Shown here: piece after piece, positions 57,637 to 64,000 of the stretch
How the letters are laid out: each line of letters opens with the position of its first letter
Numbering within the stretch: position 1 is the stretch's first letter
From: a virus
Lineage: Duplodnaviria; Caudoviricetes
Direction: 5' to 3' (one strand)
Length of the DNA stretch: 64,000 nucleotides
Virus record (IMG/VR): IMGVR_UViG_3300031993_000004
Coordinates: 32,001 to 96,000 of that record
Notes under the pieces: model-generated
The model's database searches: none
Seen by the model: the letters and a program-made list of their open reading frames with translations, nothing else
Told to the model about the DNA's origin: nothing
Translations under genes and position numbers: made by a program

Positions 57637-58216
57637 CCAAATCCGTGAGGTTGTAAGAGACTGCATTGAACAAGATGCAGTCCACGGAAGTGCGATTCAT
57701 TGGGATCTTGGAAAAGATTCCGATGGAAATGACCGTTTCTATGTGACATGGGGAAAACCCGGCGAATACACTCTCATCGGAGTAGAAAACAACATCGGAG
57801 TCGAAAACGCTTTCGTATATATCGTGCATGACTATGACACGGGTGAATCTATGCGATTCTTCGCGGATCATATCGAATCCGATCCAAAAAGATGGAACGA
57901 TTCCGGTGAACCCGACTTCGCGTCAGAAGGTCTATCAACATTGGCTACCGAGCTGATTACGATGATAGACACCCCCGAATATGATCTGTACGGAACCATC
58001 TTTGAAAAACACGAAGATGGTTCGTATTATCTTACCGAAGAGGCTGCTGCTGAGCAGGAACGACGCGAAAAAGAACAGCGTTTACGGAATTCCAAACCGG
58101 ACTGTATGCCAACAAATGCTGAAATGGGCGTGCAGCTCCTCACTCATCTGATATCGCAAGAAGCTTTATCGGCAAAACATTTATTACCACCTAAAGCAGG
58201 GGAGGGAACAAAATGA
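57617..58216 (+). CDS. hypothetical protein
   Basis: AAGGAG RBS before ATG 57617. Confidence 0.7.
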   Translation: MKQTTIDQIREVVRDCIEQDAVHGSAIHWDLGKDSDGNDRFYVTWGKPGEYTLIGVENNIGVENAFVYIVHDYDTGESMRFFADHIESDPKRWNDSGEPDFASEGLSTLATELITMIDTPEYDLYGTIFEKHEDGSYYLTEEAAAEQERREKEQRLRNSKPDCMPTNAEMGVQLLTHLISQEALSAKHLLPPKAGEGTK

Positions 58217-58683
58217 GACTATGTGCTGGTTACGACGGGAGAACCTGTGTCCGGAATATGACCATGTTCTTGATGGCAGTTTTCTCGACGAAAATCTCCG
58301 AATACGCCATGAAGAAACTTGGTGACAAACACGACAATTTCTCGTGCCACCTCTTCGAAGAGGGTGCCGGCATTATGATCAGTGCGTCCCATGATGCGAA
58401 TGATGATCCAACGTTTTATCCCATGTATCGTGTGACTGTTAACGACGACCGTAATACTGTATACGTCGTATACGGTGATGACATCGTCACATTCCGTATT
58501 AAGACGACGGCGATTGGAACTGGAATTTCATGCTCAGATTATTCCAACATCAAAGATCCGATCGCATTGGAACATATCACGGAATTGCGTCAATTGATCC
58601 AGGATGCGATGAAGACGATCGTCGGCCCGATGGCAGCACTCGCCATAATGCCTGATGAAGGGATTGATCATGATGCATCGTAA
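58213..58683 (+). CDS. hypothetical protein
   Basis: GGAGG RBS; ATGA overlap. Confidence 0.65.
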   Translation: MRLCAGYDGRTCVRNMTMFLMAVFSTKISEYAMKKLGDKHDNFSCHLFEEGAGIMISASHDANDDPTFYPMYRVTVNDDRNTVYVVYGDDIVTFRIKTTAIGTGISCSDYSNIKDPIALEHITELRQLIQDAMKTIVGPMAALAIMPDEGIDHDAS

Positions 58684-59305
58684 GCCAATAAAGTACGAAC
58701 CCGTCAAGCCGTCTGTGTTTGACGGGTTCAAACTCGATCTGATTGTGATTGTAATCCTTATTATAATCGCAGGGGTCTGCACAATTATTACGACCCCAAG
58801 AACTAACAAAACCATGTCATCTGCTGATACAGCAGAAATCACGACCACGTGCACGACTTCAACTACCGTTATGACCACCACTACAACGGTTACGACTGTA
58901 ACAACTACGACAACCGAAATGACAACAACCACCACAACCACTTATGATCCAAAGGAACGCCTAATCGATTATGGCAACTTTACTGCCACTTATTATCATG
59001 GCAGATATACAAATCCATGTCCTGGTGGATCCGGACGGATGCTTCTGGACTGTACACCAAAAGACGATGAAATCAAAGGCAGTGTTGCTTGTCGACGGAT
59101 TCAAGAAGATTACGGATATAACGTAAACGGAAGAACCCGTGTTTATCTCGAAATGGACAGTCATCCTGAAATGGACGGCTGGTATTTCGTCGATGACGCG
59201 TGCGAGAAGCTCACAATTGTAGACTTTTATTTCATCGAATATGAGGATTGTCCATGGTGTGGTGATATACCACCATCTGTACACTTGTGGATGGAAGTCT
59301 CATAA
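58670..59305 (+). CDS. membrane-anchored protein with Thr-rich stalk and 3D/DPBB-like cell-wall domain
   Basis: TM helix; poly-Thr linker; FTATYY..SVAC..YFVDDAC..IVDFY. Confidence 0.65.
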   Translation: MMHRKPIKYEPVKPSVFDGFKLDLIVIVILIIIAGVCTIITTPRTNKTMSSADTAEITTTCTTSTTVMTTTTTVTTVTTTTTEMTTTTTTTYDPKERLIDYGNFTATYYHGRYTNPCPGGSGRMLLDCTPKDDEIKGSVACRRIQEDYGYNVNGRTRVYLEMDSHPEMDGWYFVDDACEKLTIVDFYFIEYEDCPWCGDIPPSVHLWMEVS

Positions 59306-59306
59306 C

Positions 59307-60092
59307 TGTCTAGTTTGGGTAAAGTGCTGCGAGGCGCAGTATGGTCGTGGTGTTGCACGGTCCAGTATGACATTGTTTTGTCGAGCAACTGTATAGCGGT
59401 GTATTGTCAGGTTTTGGTACTGTGGCGTTAGGTTCAGCACGGTCTCGTCTGGTACTGGTTTAGTATTGCCGAGCAGCGCAACGTATAATGCAGTGACGGT
59501 GTAGTCATGTCTGATGTGGTCGAGTCAAGTCAAGGTTAAGCTGCGTTCGGTGCAGGTGCCGTTCAGTTGTGGTGTAGTCGAGGTTTGGTAAAGTACTGTA
59601 CAGCTAAGTATCGTCAATGTGTTGTCAAGAACGGTTCCGTGATGTTAAGGTTAGGATACGTGCCGTATGATACCGTGAAGGTATGGTGCAATGAGCTCAA
59701 GTGTTGTTATGACACGTGCATTTCTGTAAAGGTTAAGCTCTGTGACGCATTGCATCTCGTGATTGTAAAGGAAAGTGTCATGCAGAACAGTGCAGCGTAG
59801 TTTCTGTGCTGTTATATCTTGTCCAGCGTGGTTAAGGTCGGGTACGGTCCCGCATTGTTCTGTTTGGTAATGTAATAGCGTAGTACAGTTAGGTTGTGTT
59901 ACGTAGAGCAACTGCATAGTGATCTGATGTAGGGTCGTGTCACGGTCGGTGATGTAATGTACAGCATAGGTATAGTTCCGTATAGTATCGTTCAGCCATG
60001 TTCAGTTGCGGTAGAGTAAAGTTGAGCGACGTGTGGTAGGGTAACGGTGGAGTGTTGTGTTGTCACGTGAAGTCAAGTAATAGTAATGGTAA
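59307..60092 (+). repeat. NGY-NN pentamer array 2, upstream of the RAMP gene
   Basis: For example ggtaa agtgc tgcga ggcgc agtat; 5-nt period with phase shifts. Confidence 0.85.
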
Positions 60093-60140
60093 ACACACTC
60101 ATCACAATTCTTTCGTAATATGAGATTTGAAGAAATTCTG

Positions 60141-60163
60141 AAATCTCATATATATATCATTAT
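60141..60163 (+). promoter_or_regulatory. putative early promoter of the RAMP gene
   Basis: AAATCTCATATATATATCATTAT. Confidence 0.6.
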
Positions 60164-60268
60164 GATGATCCGGAGACAAATTCTCACCCCCACCCGGATC
60201 AAAAACAAACAAATTCACAAATTCAATGGGTTTAAAGTGGGGGACAACCCGGAAAAGGAGCGCATATT

Positions 60269-61033
60269 ATGGCAAACAAGAAAGACGCTGCAGAAGCAGC
60301 AGCAACAACCACCACGGTCGAGAAGAAGGCACCTGCGAAAAAGAAGGCAAAATCTGATGGGCCTCAAAAGTATTACATGACGACAGTTGAGGTAACTTTC
60401 ACGAACGAGCTTCTGGCCACCAACAGCGCGGATCCGGATATCTATTCCGCGTATCTCGCGTCACTCGCAAGTGACGAAGACCGCAAGGCGGAACTCGAGC
60501 GTCTCGGCCTCGCAGAGGTTGATGAGAAGGGTATGACGGTTTTCCTCAGAAACAAGGAAAACCCGATGATCCCTCAGCTCAAGGCATATACATGGCTCGG
60601 GTTCCTCAAGGCCCGCAGCCGTGCACAGGCAAAGATCGACGGAAATCCGATCGTTGGAATGACCGCATATATCAAAGAAATCGATGACCGCATTGCGGTA
60701 TCTCCGAAATTCATTGATCTGGAGCTCCCGGAAGGAGCAGCTGTTGACACTCTGCAGCGTCCGCTTCGTGCGCAAACCATGCAGGGTGACCGTGTCGCTC
60801 TCGCAAAGTCTGAGACTGTTCCGGCTGGCACAAAGTGCCGCTTTACCTTCAGAACCGAAACTCTTGAAGGTATGAAGCTTGTTGAAGCCTGCCTCAGATA
60901 CGGCGCTATCCATGGTACAGGCCAGTGGAGGAATGCCGGTTACGGCACCTTCACATATAAGATCATCGATAGATGGTCGGAGGTCGAAGAGCCGATCGTT
61001 CTGTCTGAAGAGGACTTCCCTGTCCGCGCATAA
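60269..61033 (+). CDS. solo Cas7-group RAMP-fold RNA-binding protein (Vipr-like)
   Basis: N-terminal strand VEVTFTNELLAT; LGFLK helix; RPLRAQT..ALAKSETVPAGT; C-terminal Gly-rich loop GTGQWRNAGYGTF typical of RAMPs. Confidence 0.8.
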   Translation: MANKKDAAEAAATTTTVEKKAPAKKKAKSDGPQKYYMTTVEVTFTNELLATNSADPDIYSAYLASLASDEDRKAELERLGLAEVDEKGMTVFLRNKENPMIPQLKAYTWLGFLKARSRAQAKIDGNPIVGMTAYIKEIDDRIAVSPKFIDLELPEGAAVDTLQRPLRAQTMQGDRVALAKSETVPAGTKCRFTFRTETLEGMKLVEACLRYGAIHGTGQWRNAGYGTFTYKIIDRWSEVEEPIVLSEEDFPVRA

Positions 61034-61048
61034 TACTCACAAGATCGA

Positions 61049-61082
61049 AATTGGCGGTGTCTATATGGCACCGCCAATTTTC
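61049..61082 (+). terminator. hairpin between the RAMP gene and array 3 (terminator or processing site)
   Basis: AAATTGGCGGTGTC-TATAT-GGCACCGCCAATTT. Confidence 0.6.
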
Positions 61083-61104
61083 TATGCTACCACAATGGCT
61101 TAAC

Positions 61105-61415
61105 AGTAACGGCACAGTTTCGCGGGGTCAAGTGCAGTCCAGTCGTGGTATGGCATTGTTTACTAATGTCTCGTGGAGTTTTGGCATGGTGTGGTTTCGC
61201 TGTGTGGCGTGCTGTCAAGGCAGGGTATTGTACTATGACGCATTGTCGCGTATTGGTTACGTAATGTGAGACATGGTTATGTGTCGTAAAGGCATTGTGG
61301 AGTACGGTAATGTTGTGCTTAGTCATGTTATGGTATAGCAGCGGTTGGTGAGGTGTTGCTGTGTGGCGTTTCGGTATTGTGATGTTCCGTGTCGTGGAGC
61401 AGAGTAATTGTGACA
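61105..61415 (+). repeat. NGY-NN pentamer array 3: eight units of 36 or 41 nt
   Basis: Units start GGY at 61111, 61147, 61183, 61219, 61255, 61291, 61332 and 61373. Confidence 0.88.
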
Positions 61416-61436
61416 TCACTGTATACCATATAATAT

Positions 61437-61556
61437 TCCGGGATGGTGGAACTGGCAGACACAGCGCCTGGCTAATAGTGGTTATTCACTGGCGAAAACG
61501 CGAGGTTTGGCGAATAACCGAACCAAATCATCTGGGTTCAAATCCCAGTCTCGGAT
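61437..61556 (+). ncRNA. tRNA-like RNA with aberrant anticodon and variable arms
   Basis: TCCGGGA/TCTCGGA acceptor; Leu-like D arm; CTGGG-TTCAAAT-CCCAG T arm. Confidence 0.55.
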
Positions 61557-61677
61557 TCAGGCTGAACTGCGCATTGGTTTCACAATCGTGTCACCATATT
61601 AGTCGTGTATGTTTTGCCGGTTTGGTTTGCAGTGGTGGTGCTAAGGCATTCACACCACCACTGCTTTCCAGACGAAC

Positions 61678-61751
61678 GGGCCTCTAGCTCAGACGGTTAG
61701 AGCAGTGGACTCATAATCCATTGGTCCAGGGTTCGAGTCCCTGGGGGCCCA
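61678..61751 (+). tRNA. tRNA with CAT anticodon (likely Ile2)
   Basis: GGGCCTC acceptor; GTGGA-CTCATAA-TCCAT. Confidence 0.88.
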
Positions 61752-61794
61752 TCATCTATATAATTAGCGAAGGGGAGTACAACATAATATTTGA

Positions 61795-61880
61795 GGAGAG
61801 GTGTCCGAGTGGCTTAAGGAGCCAGTCTTGAAAACTGGTGATACGGAAACGTACCGTGGGTTCAAATCCCACTCTCTCCG
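61795..61880 (+). tRNA. tRNA-Ser(TGA)
   Basis: CCAGT-CTTGAAA-ACTGG; long variable arm; G73. Confidence 0.93.
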
Positions 61881-62376
61881 TCAAACTCTAAGACGTCTGA
61901 TTTCGCAGACGCGTGCTTCCTTTTCGGCTTTAAACCGCCTGGCATGCCGATTCATGACCAGGTATAAAAAACAGTCCGTGTGTATCGAAACCGGCCAATG
62001 ATCTTAGGCCGGATCGCGCCCGCCGCCTGCAGATCGCGGCATTGAGCTCTTATCTCCGTGAGAGTTGGCGCTACTATGTGAGAGACACGGACTACCGCTG
62101 GGGTTTACATAAATGCGGTTTACCCAGCACCAGCTTATTGCCAGAGGCAACAGCTGCCGGCTTTGCTGTTGTCTTTGCTCAGATAAGGGCCTAGTATTCA
62201 GGAATTTACAAAGCGGGTTATGCTTATTGAGGTTTCAGAGAGCGCCGCAATGGATGCGCTTGAAGATGTCGTTCATCTCTAAATCCAATGTGTTCATGTT
62301 GCGGAAGCACAACAACAACCACAACGACCACAGATGCTCGGCTTCCCCGCTAAAGAATATGAAAAACGCTCAATTT

Positions 62377-62448
62377 GCACGTGTCGTACAGTGGGCAGTA
62401 TACCAGCCTTCCAAGCTGGGGATGAGGGTTCAATTCCCTTCACGTGCT
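62377..62448 (+). tRNA. tRNA-Gly(TCC)
   Basis: CCAGC-CTTCCAA-GCTGG; U73. Confidence 0.88.
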
Positions 62449-62722
62449 TCGACGATGATGGTTTGATTTCTGACATTTACGGGTTATGTATTAACCGGTC
62501 GATGTATTGACAGATACATATGGCAGAATGATACTATCACCGTCGCACTCCGTATAAACCGTAGGGGTAGAGGCACCCACCCCTGCGGTTTTGCTCTTTA
62601 CTGTAAATTCTTGCAGTTTGTCCATTCTGCAAGGATCTGCATGAAGATACCTCCAGACGCGCAGGAGTTCTCACGCTAGCTAAGAGGACTCCTGCACTGC
62701 GTCGCCTGAGAAAGGAGAAACT

Positions 62723-62989
62723 ATGAATGATGATCTCAAAAAATGCTTGACAAGCGTTGCAGCATTGATCGCAATATTCATTCTCTGCTCTGCGCTCGGA
62801 TCATGTTGCACAGAGCAGGATATACGTGATTACACGTATATCTATGTCGATGGACAACAATACATGACATCAGATATTGTTGACATAAGTTATATCCCTC
62901 TCCGCTACGGCAATGACGCCGTGACATTCAAGCTCAAAGACGGAACTGTTATACGCACACAATCTAATGATTATACTCTCAGCAATTAA
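62723..62989 (+). CDS. small membrane protein/lipoprotein, YDYIVIDG family
   Basis: GAAAGGAG RBS; TM helix plus YTYIYVDGQQYMTSDIVDI. Confidence 0.65.
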   Translation: MNDDLKKCLTSVAALIAIFILCSALGSCCTEQDIRDYTYIYVDGQQYMTSDIVDISYIPLRYGNDAVTFKLKDGTVIRTQSNDYTLSN

Positions 62990-63001
62990 GCGTTTCCATA
63001 T

Positions 63002-63073
63002 TGGAGTATGGCCAAGCGGCAAGGCATCAGACTTTGACTCTGACACGCGCTGGTTCGAATCCAGCTACTCCAA
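63002..63073 (+). tRNA. tRNA-Gln(TTG)
   Basis: TCAGA-CTTTGAC-TCTGA; U1-A72. Confidence 0.9.
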
Positions 63074-63213
63074 CTCAATATCTTTTATCTCGGCACCAAA
63101 TGATTTTTCAACACTCGTTTTGGTGCGCAGTCTTCACTTTCTATACTGATTTCATTTGATTTCAGTTGTCCACGGTTTCGACATCTTCCGTGGACATTCT
63201 TTTTTAAGAAATA

Positions 63214-63252
63214 TGGAGCGGGGCAATGCCCCGCTCCTTCTTATTTTTTTTT
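63214..63252. terminator. terminator between convergent units
   Basis: GGAGCGGGGC-AAT-GCCCCGCTCC followed by a T tract. Confidence 0.8.
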
Positions 63253-64000
63253 ATATCTGAGACCATTCATGAGATTCCTGATCGTATACTTTCAGATCAA
63301 CACGACCAGTTGTTGTGTTCTCATCCATGAGCAACATCTTGTAATTTACTGGGTCGCCATCTTCATTCAACACATCTGTTGTGTTTCCGACGTTTGCACC
63401 GCGGAGTATTGACATTCTGACAGGCGTGAATTCACGTCCGTCATCAGGAGCACTACTCTTCAGCTTGTATGTTCCTGTCGCAGGAATGCTTGGGAATACA
63501 AGTCTCCAAGAACCTCTTGGTGCTTTGGATGTAAGTACGGATCCACCGGCATTGTCAGAAAAGAGCTTCACGAATTCCGGTTGCTGATAGATCTCTGATG
63601 TAGTATCCGCAGTAGAATATGCCGGAGAATTCGAATACACATTGTATATTGAATGTGCTGATACAGAACCAGCATTTTCAATAATTGATGCATGTGTGGT
63701 TCCAGCCGCGTCGCAAACCTCAACGGATTCCCAACTCAGCTTTTCACGTACAACATACAGATCACGTGTATGTGCATTCACATAATACTTTTCATGCACA
63801 TCAGACATTGGATCGAACATCCATACCATCGGACCAACATGTGGAACATTCCACATGATCGTTGTTTGTGTATTGGTATGAACATATTCCGGAGATACCA
63901 GATCATTGCCAGGAAGCATGGACGTTTTGTCTGTTGACTGGAGATTGTTCAATGAACGATGGACGACGCCATATTCAAATTCAAAATTCAATGAATCTGA
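63251..64000 (-). CDS. C-terminal part of a protein truncated by the window edge (possibly structural)
   Basis: Frame stays open to the window end. Confidence 0.6.
   Translation of the reverse strand, partial: SDSLNFEFEYGVVHRSLNNLQSTDKTSMLPGNDLVSPEYVHTNTQTTIMWNVPHVGPMVWMFDPMSDVHEKYYVNAHTRDLYVVREKLSWESVEVCDAAGTTHASIIENAGSVSAHSIYNVYSNSPAYSTADTTSEIYQQPEFVKLFSDNAGGSVLTSKAPRGSWRLVFPSIPATGTYKLKSSAPDDGREFTPVRMSILRGANVGNTTDVLNEDGDPVNYKMLLMDENTTTGRVDLKVYDQESHEWSQI

Noticed and set aside
58840-58942. ACN-rich repeat as part of the pentamer arrays
   Set aside because: It has period 3 and encodes a Thr-rich linker
46655-61415. Canonical CRISPR array or type IV/I cas operon
   Set aside because: No identical direct repeats with spacers, and no cas5/6/8/1/2 or dinG recognisable in the window
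59567-61687. Short ORFs over arrays 2 and 3 and the tRNA-like element
   Set aside because: Same artefact; they overlap the repeat and RNA features
1-64000. Stop-codon reassignment
   Set aside because: Known genes are full length in the standard code, coding density is high and no suppressor tRNA was seen

Overview
This window is a fragment of a large (jumbo-type) tailed phage genome, probably infecting a Firmicute (strong AGGAG/GAAAGGAG ribosome-binding sites, standard code). It alternates + strand blocks of mostly unknown ORFs with a - strand block (about 22.3-41.6 kb) of likely late/virion genes. Recognisable genes: ThyX, UvsX/RecA-like recombinase, NAD-dependent DNA ligase, gp61-like primase, dCMP deaminase, a gp53-like baseplate protein, a paralogous family of probable internal head proteins and a ~1940-aa multi-enzyme polyvalent protein. 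From 51 to 63 kb lie about 12 tRNAs, several non-canonical tRNA-like elements and two large structured ncRNA candidates. The standout is a solo Cas7/RAMP-fold gene (60269-61033) with no other cas genes or CRISPR array in the window. It is flanked by non-coding arrays of degenerate NGY-NN pentamers grouped into 31/36/41-nt units, and a third 2-kb array sits at 46.65-48.69 kb. This looks like a phage-encoded RNA-guided system with gapped guides, resembling the recently reported VIPR type (recalled from memory). All calls were made by eye; no database search or folding program was run.
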